This document shows, piece after piece, positions 26,640 to 40,579 of a stretch of DNA of 64,000 nucleotides; positions within the stretch are counted from its first letter, which is position 1; the number at the start of each line of letters is the position of its first letter. The DNA is from Octopus sinensis (taxonomy: Eukaryota). The notes beneath the pieces were generated by a model. That model saw only the letters and a list, made by a program, of their open reading frames with translations, was not told the DNA's origin and ran no database searches. The stretch spans positions 76,756,001 to 76,820,000 of the forward strand of contig NC_043000.1 of NCBI RefSeq assembly GCF_006345805.1, read 5' to 3'. Made by a program: the position numbers and the translations under genes.

Positions 26640-27620
26640 GTTGATATATATTTTAGTTCTTGTAGTCTTGTGTCTCTGGTGTTTGCGTTAGAGACTATAG
26701 TGCATATCCTTTTTGCTAGATTGAAGGGGATATTCATCCTGGTGTGTCTGGGGTGGCATGAATTGAATGGAAGATATTGCTTAGAGTCTGTAGGCTTATA
26801 ATATATGTCTGTTTCTATTGTATTATTAGCTTTCTTAATGAGGATATCGAGGAAGGGGAGTTGTTGCTGGCTATATTCCATCGTGAATTGGATGTTTACG
26901 TCCAGTCCGTTTAAAATTTCCTGGAATTCTATGAGTTTTTCTATATTTTTATGCCAATTTTTTCTTCTTCTTCCTCTTCTTCTTCATCATTATCATCATC
27001 ATCGTCGTCATCATCACCACCACCATCATCATCATCATCATCTTCTCCTTCTCCTTCTTCTTCTTCTTCTTCTTCTTCTTCTTCATCATCATCATCATCA
27101 ACATCGTCATCTTCTTCTTCTTCTTCTTCTTCTTCTTCTTCTTCTTCTTCTTCTTCTTCTTCTACTTCTCCACCTTCTACCCCTTAACTTTGTCACTAAT
27201 GTTTTTTAGTATAACACCTACGCAAATTCCATAAACACGCCTTTCAATAGAAATATTCTCCTGAATTGAACTGCGACTGCTAGCCGCCACTGACCATTCA
27301 AAATACGACCATCAGGGCACTCCCAGATTTTCCCACCCCCTTTCCTCATCAGCCTTCTTCTTCTACTACCCTACCAAGAACTCACAACGACCTCCAACAC
27401 ACAAGTGCAAACAAGGGAGTCAGAGAAAGGCAGAATGCCACTTATATCTGAACACTACTATAGAAATATTCCTTTAAAAAAACTTTTCTTCTAATTTTTC
27501 TAAATTTAATTATTTAATCGTTACAGTTGAAAAGGTCTCAAAATGACCGAAACCGGTACTGAAATGTTCACTATAAAATTATTTTAGCATTTTCTATTTT
27601 TGACTTGTTTTTTCATATAT
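26640..27620 (-). mobile_element. PLE RT-thumb fragment with an inverted pLTR
   Basis: 26640-26950 (minus) reads QFTMEYSQQQLPFLDILIK...[11 protein letters not shown]...CHPRHT. 27210-27620 (plus) matches the 3' region at 38093-38510 and has a degenerate hammerhead at 27524-27561. Confidence 0.75.
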
Positions 27621-27659
27621 ATATATATATACACGATTCATTAAGTTTATTGTGGCTTT

Positions 27660-28785
27660 ATATATATAAAATTCTTCTAGGATTTGTAGGGTTCATTTGA
27701 ATGTAATTAGGTTTTAGTGTGAATTTGATGGTGAGATGTAGTGGGAGATTTTTTATTGACTAAATTTGGGGTTATACGTTTGATAATCTGGTATAAGAGT
27801 TCAGGTTATGGGGTTGTCTTTTAGTGGTTTACAAAAAGGATTAGGTAGGTTTAGGAAGTGTTTTGGTCAGCAGATGTGTCATTAGTTTTTCTTATTTTTG
27901 GCTTTAATCCTCTGCTTTGGCAATGTACAAGTCCAAGTTCAAAGTTTAGTCCAGCATTTAAAAGCTTAGTAATTGGGCGTGTCAGACTTTTTTCTAGGGG
28001 TACACAATAAGATGTGATGTTGACAAGAGGAAGTGGTTAGGTGTAAAGGTTGTTGGTCAGTATATTTCTCAGTAGGGGTTCTTAGTTCTATAAGTAATTT
28101 AATTAATATGTAAAAATGTTAAGCTTAGTGTTTTATGGAGACAAAGTTTGTTTGATATGTGTCTACAAATATTTCTTCAATTCTGTTTCAAATGTGGATA
28201 TTTTTTAATATATTATTGTAGGCCTAGGGATATATGAGAAAGTGGGAGAATTATAAAAACTGTTTATACTCTTGTATAGAAATGGGAATAAAAATAAAAT
28301 TTACTTTTTAAAAAATGATTTAAATGTTAAAAAATAAAAAAGTCAGATTAAAAAGATAAATTGAATAAGGGTTACAATTGCGCTATTGAGAGTCAATTTC
28401 CTTGGAGACGGCTGGATAAAAGCGTTCTTCAATTGCAATCGTTGGTATGTACGTGGTTTAGGTTTTCACTTTCAGACAATTTTTGGTAGTTGTAGTTGGC
28501 TATAGTATTTTCAAAGTTGTTGGTTGTGGAATATGACAATTTTACGTTGTGTTTGTTTATTAGTTTGTAATTTTTGTAGTTGGAGTGGAAGTGTTTTTGC
28601 AGCATTTTGAAAAATAATCTAGCTATTGGTGTGGAGATTTGCGACTTGTTTGGTGAAGGGAACATTAAGCCAGATGATTTCCTTTTTCTATTCTTAGCAT
28701 TCTTTGTTTGAAGATAAAGAAGAGAGTCTTAGAGATACGTTCTATATTAGATTTTTAATAATGCTTTTGGGGTGGTTGGATTGCC
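27660..28785 (-). mobile_element. Decayed PLE relic B (thumb-linker-endonuclease), same type as element A
   Basis: SNHPKSIIKNLI*NVSLRLS, IIWLNVPF, KHF...NVKLSYS...N and CN*R...LQGN*L align with element A and with the CxC-x5-C-x5-C linker motif. The downstream half is ambiguous. Confidence 0.7.
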
Positions 28786-28887
28786 TATATATATACTGAA
28801 CACTTTGGTCGTATTTTGTTGGGTTTATAGATACTGCACATATGTATGCATATATAAATATATATATAAATACACACACATACACAC

Positions 28888-29050
28888 ATATAGCTGAAAT
28901 TTACAGAAAAACAAAAGACGAAGATAAGTGTATGAACAACAAGCAGGTGTATTAGTTTGACGCTCGGGAAAGTAAAAGGTCCTTTACGTTTCAAGCCTAT
29001 ACTCTTCAGAAAGGAATAAAAAATTTGGAGATTTAGCGATCAAGCATAGC
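28888..29050 (-). repeat. PLE terminal repeat with a minimal hammerhead (28981-29014)
   Basis: ccuuu-CUGAAGA-guauaggcuu-GAAAC-GUA-aagg on the minus strand, flanked by (TA)n. Confidence 0.65.
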
Positions 29051-29243
29051 AACTGTATATATATATATATATATATATACAAATAAGTAAATGGAGAAAC
29101 AAATTCATTTCGATCATCAACTTGCGGATATTACAATTTCACATTATTTATTAATTATACAAATAGGAACATAAAAATCGAACAAAACAATATACATCAA
29201 TACGCAAATTAATAATAAAATAAAAATAATACAAATAAACTGC

Positions 29244-29368
29244 TCCTTACAGCTGTTTCAGCCTATGGTCAAGAGACAATCTAACTTAAATTGGCCATAG
29301 CTGCCATTGTCATATAGTCCTAGGCATTAAAGATTATATTAGTGTGCTTAAATAACCTCGTCAGAGGA
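29244..29368 (-). ncRNA. Hammerhead motif with an extended stem II region
   Basis: uccu-CUGACGA...GAAAC-agcu-GUA-agga. The base of stem II is weak. Confidence 0.6.
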
Positions 29369-31539
29369 TATACATAACTATAAAATTATAATAATAATAT
29401 TGATATATAAAAAAAACATGCTTCCCATACTATCCAATAAAAACAAAAAAATAAATAATAAGACAGATATTCAAAATACACACACACACACACACACGCG
29501 CGCGCGCACACACACACATATATATATATATATATACATAAACATATATATACTTATAAAATATACAAATATACATACATATACACACATAGGCAAATCG
29601 TACATATTAATCACATGTGCAAAAACATAAAGAACAACATTGAACAGTATATCACATTACATTGGATTATCATGCTTTGTATAGTTCAGTAAATGCATTC
29701 CAACGTAATATACTACCACTTTTAACAAAACCAACAGTAATGTTGTTTTAACGGTAATACTAAACAGCGTAATAAAAATTCATGAAACAAGTTACCAAGT
29801 ATAAATGTTCACACATGCACACATATATATACACATATGCACAAACAAGATATTTGCGTATGAATATATTATACAAACATAATCTAAATAATACTTAAAG
29901 CATCCGCTAACACGAATAGGTTAACTTCTAGCATCCAAAACATTCAGTCCGAATTACAAGTCCAGGTAAGGTCAGTTCCACAAAATATAAGTCCCCGTTA
30001 TATGCATATTAGATTTCACAGTGTTTACATTCCTGTTATATGGATATTAAAGTTAATATATCCGCATAATCAAATAAATTTAATTTTAAAAAACATAGTA
30101 GTAACTTAAACTCCATGTCCAAGTTAAATTTAGTCCGAGGTTTGCGTTAAAGTATGAATATTAAATATATAAAGATATTTAAAATTGTACTGGGGGTTAG
30201 GGAGCAGTCATTTAAAATATTGGCTATTTAACCAATGCATATTAAATATTTAAAATATATTAAGGTTCAGGGAGCAGTCACGTAAACTCTTGGCTAAATC
30301 ATTTAAACGCATCCGTTAGGCCCGTTTCAAAACAATATGGGGTCAGAAAGTTAATTAAACAGATCATAATAGTTTATCTAAACTGAATAAAATGTTGAAT
30401 AAAAGTAAACAAAAATAAAAATAAAAAATAATAATTATATCTATTATCTTATTTTACATATGCGGAATTGCATTTATACATACATACACATCAAAGTATA
30501 CTAAAACCAAAAAGTAAACGATTGAAAACGCAAGCTTATATATCATTATGCAATACAACTATGTCCACCGAATTATTTTCCACCCACGACTTGCATTTAT
30601 ACATACATGCACATATATGCAAATTTATGCAAATTCGATGGACAACGTAGCCTTACATTATTTATGCACCACATAAACAAAACCAGCTATACATATACAA
30701 TGCATACTTATTCCTACGAGCACACTAATCCAAACGCGTATATTCATGCATCCACATTTCTGCCTCAATAAATATACGGATGCCTGCAAAAATTAACCCC
30801 AATAGGTATGCCTACAATTAAACAAGGATAGATTGATACAAAAGGCAAACATTAGAAGTTCAATCCGATTAGTATTAACGAAAGGGGTATATATACATAG
30901 AAAAATGCACAAACCAATACAAGCATGTAGGGAGTATATACTAATATACACACAATATAACAATTATACAGCATAGTTAAATGTGATAAAACACAAATAC
31001 CAATGCTAGTAAAAGTCCTACTACATGCAAAAACATATGTGTCAATATGCACCCATATACATAGCCATACAATGCACCTATACATATATATATACACACA
31101 TACATATATACACTAACCTATAAACATACATACATAATACATACATCGATATATACACACATATATTCCTACATACTTACAGACCAGTACAAACACCATC
31201 TATACAAATGTGTACTGAAGTCCATATATAATATCTAATATACAAGAAGATAGCATAAAATAATACTTAAAACTATCACATGCATGTACACAAAGAGACA
31301 AACATGAATATATAAAAAAATATGCATATATATATATATTATGTTTAGTACATTGACTCATACTAAGTGTATAACCATATACTGAAAACCAAAATTGAAT
31401 ACGTATCAATATACATAAATATAAAGGTATAATTACGAACAAGTATCAGTATATAAAAAATACAGAAAAACACAATAATACTAAAAACCGCCACATGCAT
31501 GCACACAAATAAACCTACATGAATAAATAAATAAATAAA

Positions 31540-31602
<63 letters not shown>

Positions 31603-34600
31603 TTTTTCAGTAAAAGCAATTAAGATTCAAGTGAGTTCCAATGAATTCACATGAGTGGGGTACTTAACTTAGATGCATCAGAAATCTATATGGTATTAAC
31701 CATAAAATGATGTGGGGTGATTATAAACAAGAAAAAAGCAACAAGAATGGATTAGTTGTTCAGTACAATTGTTTCATACGAAGACCAGCTTTATTAAAAG
31801 CTGCAAATATTGCAGCAAATACAAGTGTCCCGTATTCATCAGCCAAAATACATATGAGTTTTCCCAAAATCCTAGGGGGTGAGGCTACACACATGAAGTA
31901 TCGAAGAGAGTTCTATAAAAAGCAAATTTAGATTGTAAGCAGATTTCCAAAGTTCACTAATGATGCACAGTTTTATAAAAGGTTTTAAAAAAGCTTGTTA
32001 GCTTCACTGAAAAGGTAAATCCATCCATAATGTAGGTGTAATTTCCGGAGATATGAGGAGATATTTCATACTCAGAGACGATGAATTTATCCAAATAGGG
32101 CATTATGGGACAACTGAGAGGAAAGGGGTGTAAGTACACAACCTACACAGAATAGTCTATTTCTGTGGTGACAGAAAGTCTAGATTAGAGCTGCAGGAAT
32201 CTGAGATTTATAAAAGAGAACATTACTTTTGACCAGCATACAGCTGTTAACTGCTAATTCTACAGAGTTAAAGCAGATATAAGAATAAAAAGAGAACAAG
32301 AGAAAGTATTAAAGGGGTCAAAGGCTATCAGTAGAGGAAAATACATTAAGAGGTTTAAGTGCAATACTAGAAAGGAGGTCATTTAATTAATTTATTTATT
32401 ATTGTTACTATTTATACAAATGTTTATACATTGTAAGACAGACTTTAGGTCTATACCTAGAGGTCAATGCATGTATGTATGTATTTATATCGGTATGTAT
32501 ATGTATTCATGTGTGTGTGTGTGTGTGTGTGTGTACATTTGGAATCATTTGACAGTTTATACAATTGTTATTGTTTCACGCGCAAAAATTAGATGTACAA
32601 TCAGCAGTTTTCAAATTTGGTGAATGATGGAGGCTATGTGTCCAGTCAGTTCTATACTCAACTGATCAAGGCAGTTCCCCGAGAAAATGTGTAATATGCT
32701 AGAAAGATTCTTCTCTGATTATGGCAATTAGATGATATTAGTGATCTCAGCTAAAATGCTATTCTTGATTTGTTTTTAGTATCAAGAACATTTCACAAGG
32801 TATTCTTGCTATTTCGTAATCATTTAACATATGAGATGAGTTTAGTGGCGATGCTCTGTTGTTATTAGAGTTATTGGGGGAGAATATAAGTCCTTTTCCT
32901 TGTGTTCCCAGAACAACTGGGTCAAGAATGTAGAGTCTGCCTTTTTGTTCCTAACTGAATCTGCGTAGATATTAGTACTAGCATCTTTTGAAGGTAATCA
33001 CTATGTGTTCCATGTAATTCCTTTTGATACTCAGCACTATGTTTAAGACCGGCTATTTTTGTCTGGATAACATTGCTTCGCAGATTATAGTGATATATCA
33101 AGCATTTATAATATCTCTGTACAGTATTGAAAAGAATTACAATGGTCTCACAGAAAACATCTCAACCTGTTGTGATTTTAAATCGCTATATTATCGATAC
33201 GTATATTGGTGAAATACATGTGTTTAGCTAGAGCTCTGGCTCACTATGATCGTCGCTTCCTCCTATTACAACAGCAGTACCATTCTGTTCCTGTTTTTAA
33301 CCAGATACCATGGAGATACAGTGGAGGGATCATTGTATTAATGATGAGAGTTTCTTTAGTGTTAAGCAATTGGATAGAATACTATCTCGTCCAAACCTAT
33401 TCTAGAATTAGAATATCGAACAAAGCCTTGCCAATTGTGTTATCGTGAAACTGATTATGTAAGCAGGCTATGTATTATTAAAGCTAGGTAAGATTATGTT
33501 CGAGGAATGCGATGACGCAGTGTCATTAAACTAGATACAGATTATGTAAGAGAGCTATGATAGCGCTGTATTATTAAAGCTAAGCACACAGTATGTAAAA
33601 GAGCTGTGGTAGTCCTGTATTATTAAAGCTGAGAGAAAACTATATAAGAGGGCGATGACAGCTCTGTGCTACTTCAAAATTAACCGAAAGTAATTAACAA
33701 TGAATATTTGCAGCAAATTGCAAAAGCAAAAGCATAATACAAATGGAATAGCCAACATAACCCATGCGATGAACTTCTGCGTAATTTCTGTCTACTGAAC
33801 GTTACACGCAAAGAATTTTCAATCTTTGGTAAAAATAGAAGACACTTTCTCAAAGTGTCGAGCAGTGAGATCGAAACATGAACCATATTTGTGCTGTGAA
33901 CCTATTATTAACGTTATAAATTGTTTTATTTTTTGAACTTTTACGTAGTAAAATTCACGAGGTATGCCCCAAATTTCTACCAGCTGGCTGCCCATTGAAG
34001 CCTAGACACCGTTCTTTGGAACAGTTGAATCATCTACAGAGCGCTCGATTATTAAGGACGAACAAAGTGGAGCCATGTGATTTTAAAACAATTGTAAGTA
34101 TCAAGCTTTCAACCTTCAGGGGTTAACAAAAATTACTACTAAAATACTGTTTCATATAATTGATATCACATCTCCCTCGGATATTCAAAACGTTGTGTCA
34201 ATTTCAACCATCTTCTGTTGCCTCTATCTGTTATTATCTATTTAATCATGTTTCCACTTCCCGTCTTCATATCATACATACTCAGAAACCTCTTCTACAT
34301 TTAAAAAAAAAATTGTCCAAATAATTTTCCTGTTTCGTCGCTCTGGTGGAACCCCCCCCCCCAAAAAAAAAATTTTCTTTTTGGCTATACACACACTTCC
34401 ACAGATTCCCACGTAGAAGATAGTTCCTGCCAAGATTACTTGGCAGAAAGAAAGAGCTTCAAAGAAAGGGCTTCAGGGTGTTTGACTGTTATCTCCATTT
34501 ACTTGTAGAAACACGTAGATTAGAAGTTCAATCCTTAGGTATTTTTATTGTGCACATATACTTTTGTAAACATTCATTTTACTTCGTTTATCAGAGGTTC

Positions 34601-35029
34601 AATATAGACACCTATGGAATACTTGGATGAAGTGTTAATTATAAAAAGGGTAAGAGCAATAAGCATCCCAGTGATCTTTTGAAGTCTTGAAAGCACAAAT
34701 AGAGATTAGAGTAGAAATACAAACGGAAAAACAGAGAAACACAGTTATAAACAGATACAGTTTTACAAGTGTAAAATTTAAACGTGTTAAGAAAAACACC
34801 CGAACAAAAACTGTAAACACTGTAGGATTCTCATAAAGAAGCAGCCTCTCCAGCAGCAAGTTTGGGCCCAAATAAATTTTATAGCTGTAAGTTGGTACCA
34901 AGAACTTTGGAAGCACAGGCTGTGTGTTGGATGTTTGTCATAATTTTATTCGTTGCTGTCCTGTATTGGAGAAACTTTTTTTTGTTAACTTCACCTTTTG
35001 TTCTTTCTTGATTATTCTTTGCCTTTGCA

Positions 35030-35405
35030 GAGGCACAATGGCCCAGTGGTTAGGGCAGCGGACTCGCGGTCGTAGGATCGCGGTTTTGATTCCCAGACCG
35101 GTCTTTGTGAGTGTTTATTGAACGAAAACACATAAAGTTCCACGAGGCTCCGGCAGGGGATGGTGGCGAACACCGCTGTACTATTTCACCACAACTTTCT
35201 CTCACTCTTTCTTCCTGTTTCTGTTGTACCTGTATTTCCAAGGGCCAGCCTTGTTACACTCTGTGTCACGCTGAATCTCCACGAGAACTACATTAAGGGT
35301 ACACGTGTTTGTGGAGTGCTCAGCCACTTGCACGTTAATTTCACGAGTAGGCTGTTCCGTTGATCGGATCACTAGAACCCTCGTCGTCGTAACCGACGGA
35401 GTGCT
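35030..35405 (+). mobile_element. tRNA-derived SINE, family 2
   Basis: A box tggcccagtgg and B-box-like gttttgattcc. A second 5' copy lies at 39633-39790. Confidence 0.8.
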
Positions 35406-35691
35406 ATTTTCCTTTTTATTTCATCTATGTATTGTCCTCAGCATCTTGGGTCAATAAGGCTTCTTGTACCCAATAAAGGTTTCTTATTGATTTTGCATCA
35501 ATTAATATACAAACGTGTGTGCACACATACATACATTCATAAATACATACATGCATACATACATAAATATATATATATACACACAAACACACACACACAC
35601 ACACACATATGTATATATATATTTATGTATATATATATGTATATATACATGTATATATATATTTATGTATATATATATGTATATATATATG

Positions 35692-35724
<33 letters not shown>

Positions 35725-35725
35725 G

Positions 35726-35771
<46 letters not shown>

Positions 35772-35775
35772 TATG

Positions 35776-35887
<112 letters not shown>

Positions 35888-36358
35888 ATAATATATATAT
35901 ATATAAGATAGTGGTACAACAATGCGCTAATATTTACTGGAAATAGCAGCCGATAATATACGACGCTATAGTAAAGCTTCACTGTATATAGATATATATA
36001 CATGCAAAATGTTACCGAGTGGTGAACATAAAAAAAATTCATCTTACCTGTAGGAAGAACATTAAATAAATGTACAACCCAGATGTGGATAAGGTAGTAC
36101 CTAGGTTTCGAACTTTCCAAATTACGTTTGTTAATGTAAATTTGATTAGTTCTCATCGGCCAAATCTACCAAGATAAAATCTCAAATGTCACTACATCAA
36201 TACCAGTATATACTCGTCTGAAACGCCTAGCCGTTAACAGACCTAGAACAGTGAAAAATTTGTACCACTATCTTATTTATACTTTAACCTGATGGTGCTT
36301 TGTTTTTGCTGGGAGCAATATTACTGTATTGCACTACTTAATATTTTTTCTTTGTGTA

Positions 36359-36390
<32 letters not shown>

Positions 36391-36400
36391 TCTTCTCTCG

Positions 36401-36434
<34 letters not shown>

Positions 36435-36438
<4 letters not shown>

Positions 36439-36632
36439 GCAGGAGTGGCTGAGTGGTAAGTAGCTTGCTCACCAGCCACATGGTTACGGGTTCAGACCCA
36501 ATGCGTGGCACCTTGGGCAAGTGTCTTCTACTATAACCTCGGGCTGACGAAAGCCTTGTGAGTGGATTTATTATGCGGAAACTGAAGGTTGTGCTCCAGC
36601 ATGGCCGCAGTTAAATGACTGAAACGAATAAA
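36435..36632 (+). mobile_element. Internally deleted SINE family 1
   Basis: Head and tail are joined with the middle missing. Fused directly to the PLE fragment that follows. Confidence 0.75.
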
Positions 36633-36634
36633 AT

Positions 36635-38510
36635 TATAAAAGAACTTCCTTTTCTCGACATCCTCATTAAGAAATCTAACAACGTAATAGAAACAGATAT
36701 ATACTATAAGCCCACGGACTCCAAGCAATATCTATTGTTCAACTCATGCCACCCCAGACACACTAGAATGACTATCCCCTTCAACCTAGCAAAAAGGATT
36801 TGTACTATAGTTTCTACTGCAAGCACCAGGGACACACGACTACATGAACTAAAGGATACACTCATCACCGGGAACTACCCACCTTCACTCATTGACATGC
36901 TTCCAACTCAACACCACGAACTCAGACATCCCAAGTTAAAGAAGGATTTATAACCAAAAGCCCTACCACACATCTCCACACACAATCCTCTTAACACCAT
37001 CCTTCAAAATATTCTTCTGCTACAAAAGGACTACAAAATGAATTTAATCCTCCAAACACACATCATCATAAAAAGCAAGAGACAGCCCAAATCTATGAAA
37101 AGTCTCCTAACACAAGCCCGAATACGCTCAACAACGACACTGAAGCCGTCAGAAAAAAAATGCGGAAGACCCAACTGTGGGATATGCGTCAATTAAATTG
37201 AGGGATCAGAGTTCTCCTTTAAACAAGGACAACGTTTCACAGTGAAAAGCAGCTTCACTTGTACTTCGGAGAAACTGATATATGCACTAACATGCTCTGG
37301 GAGTCAAGAGCAATACATAGGCCAAACAAAAAACAGTCTACGTCAAAGGATGGCTCTGCACAGATCCCAGATCAAAATTCTGAAAACAGGAAAATAGCAT
37401 TCAGCCAACAAATCGACATTTGCGCCAATAATAAAAATCCAAGCTTCAGAATTTTCCCCCTCTATCAATTCAGAGACGATACAACCTGTAGCCAATGATT
37501 AGTAAAGAGTTGTTCAAATGACATATCCACCACGACCTTAGACTAACACACGCGCAAATATTAAGAATGATACATTCTAAAGAGATACCGAAGAATTCAT
37601 TAAAAACAGTCCCAATCAATATCTATAAAGCTGAAATGCGAAAAATTTGTTTGTCTCATTTTGGGATGGGAACGGTTTAATGCGGTAGATGGGCTCCATT
37701 TTGCCCCATTTTTAGATTTAATTTTTTCTGTTTGCATTATTTGGTTGACATGGGTAAAAATGGCATTGTGTTAAAGGTCAAAATTTTAGCTTTCATTTGC
37801 ATCATGAACCGTCAAAATATATAAAAAAAAGTATTAAATTTCACAAAATTTTAAGTAATTTTGAATTATTTTTGTGATTTTACGTGCACGCGTAAGAGAA
37901 AGCGAGGGTGAGTCCAAGAGAAAGGAAGAGTGATAACCCACAACGAGTCACTTTTAGGTCACTTGACCATTTAACATCCTGCAACTATCACACCACTCCC
38001 GCATTCTTTTATTATTCTTTCTCTTCTTCTCCTTCTCATTCTTCTTCCCCTCCACCACCTCCTTCCTTACTTTACTACTACTGCTGCTTAGAATAACACC
38101 CACGCAAATATTAAAAACGATACATTCAAAAGAGATATCTCAAGAATTCAATCACTACTACCATCCACAAGTCACTTTCAGGGTACTTGACCATTTAACA
38201 TCCTACAACGATCATACCACTCTCGCACCACATTCTTCTTCTTCTTCTTCTTCTTCTTCTTCTTCTTCTTCTTCTTCTTCTTCTCTGCCAAGAATTCACA
38301 AGATCCTCAAACCCACAGAGACAGGCAGAAACAAGGAAAATGCTCCTTAAATTTCAATACTATACAAATATTCTTTTAAAAAACTTTTCACTTAATTTTT
38401 TCAAAATTTAATTTTTTTTCATACTCTGAGTTGGAAAATTGTCAATGACTGAAACCAGTACTAAAATGTTTTTATGATAAAATTATTTTAGCATTTTCTA
38501 CCTTGACTTA
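36635..38510 (+). mobile_element. PLE 3' part (thumb, GIY-YIG, duplicated 3' region and pLTR)
   Basis: LPFLDILIK...[10 protein letters not shown]; FTCTSEKLIYALTCSGSQEQYIGQT (~37255-37330). The 3' segment is repeated at 37540 and 38093. Same family as 26640-26950. Confidence 0.8.
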
Positions 38511-38824
38511 TATATATATATGTTATATATATATAATATATATATATATAATATGTATATATATATATGATATATATATTATATGTATATATATATATAT
38601 ATGTATATAAATATATGTATATATATATATATGTTATATATATAGATATTTATATATCTATTATATATGTATATATATGTATATATATGTATATGTATAT
38701 ATATATGTAGATGTATGTATATATATTATGTATGTATATATATATATGTATATATATATATGTATATATATATGTATATATGTATAATATATATATGTAT
38801 ATATATGTATATGTATATATATTG

Positions 38825-38855
<31 letters not shown>

Positions 38856-39105
38856 GTATATGTATATATATATATATGTATATTATGTATATATGTATAT
38901 ATATGTATATATATGTATATGTATATATTGTATATATATATATATGTATATATATGTATATATGTATATATATATGTATGTATATATATGTATATATATA
39001 TATGTATATATATGTATATATATATATGTATATATATATATGTATAATATATATGTATATATATATATGTATATTATATATGTTATATATATGTATATAT
39101 ATATG

Positions 39106-39150
<45 letters not shown>

Positions 39151-39212
39151 GTATATATATAGTGTATATGTATATATGTATAGTGTATATATGTATATAT
39201 ATATGTAATTTA

Positions 39213-39284
<72 letters not shown>

Positions 39285-39286
39285 GC

Positions 39287-39319
<33 letters not shown>

Positions 39320-39524
39320 GTATATATATAGTATATATATGTATATATATGTATATATATATATATGTATATTTATATATGTATATATATATATATGTAT
39401 ATTTATATATGTTATATATATTTATGTATATATATATTTATATATATGTATATGTATATATATGTATATATATATATTGTATATATGTATATATGTATAT
39501 AATATATATATATATGTATATCTG

Positions 39525-39559
<35 letters not shown>

Positions 39560-40178
39560 GTATATATATATTTATATATGTATATATGTATATATGTATA
39601 TATATTATATATGTATATATATATATATGTGTAGAGCGCAATGGCCTAGTGGTTAGGGCAGCGGACTCGCGGTCGCAGGATCGAGGTTTCGATTCTCAGA
39701 CTGGGCGTTGTGTGTGTTTATTGAGCGAAAACACCTAAAAGCTCCACGAGGCTCTGGCAGGGGGTGGTGATCCCTGCTGTACTCTTTCACCACATGGCGG
39801 TGCCCCAGCATGGCCACAGCTCAAGAGCTGAAACGGAAAAACAAAAACAAAAACAAAACATATATGTTATATATATATGTTATATATATATATATGTGTT
39901 ATTATATAATATATGGTATATATATAGTATATGTGTATATATATATGTTATATATATATAATATATATATGTGTATATATATAGGGGTATATATATATAT
40001 GTGTGTATATATATATATGTGTGTATATATATATATATATGTATATATATATGTGATATATATATATATGTGTATATATCTATATATATTATATTATATA
40101 TTATGTGTTATTATATGTGTATATATATATATGGTTATATATATATGTGTATATATATATGTGTATATATATATATGT

Positions 40179-40209
<31 letters not shown>

Positions 40210-40495
40210 GTGTATCTATATATATGTATATATATATATATATGTGTATATATATATATATTGTATATATATATTATATGTATATATATATATATGTGTA
40301 TATATATATGTGTATATATATATGTGTATATATATTATGTATATATATATAGTGTATATAATATTATGTGTAATATAGATATGTGTATATATATATGTGT
40401 GTATATATATATGTGTATATATATATATATGTGTATATATACATATATATGTTATATATATATATGTGTATATATATATATGTGTATATATATAC
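38511..40495. repeat. Long degenerate (TA)n/(TATG) microsatellite, interrupted by a SINE at 39633-39850
   Basis: Direct inspection. A similar tract lies at 44140-44896. Confidence 0.95.
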
Positions 40496-40579
40496 CTGGT
40501 TCCGTTTTCAGCAGAGAAAAACGTGATTGCCTTTGCTCTGTGAAAAAGTCTGCATAACGGCGAAATAACCCACTGTAGT

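Noticed and set aside
27680-27720. Possible SECIS (AUGA...AAA...GA) downstream of relic B
   Set aside because: The required ~11-bp helix between the quartet and the AAA does not form by eye.
29380-31540. Long AC-skewed region next to a hammerhead, possibly an extended PLE UTR
   Set aside because: No ORF, terminus or second copy in the window defines it.
31700-33450. Faint PLE-like RT and endonuclease words on the minus strand
   Set aside because: The motifs are too degenerate to align with confidence.
37620-37910. Helitron-like 5' end (atctataaag...tgtttgtct)
   Set aside because: No 3' hairpin or CTAG end was found.
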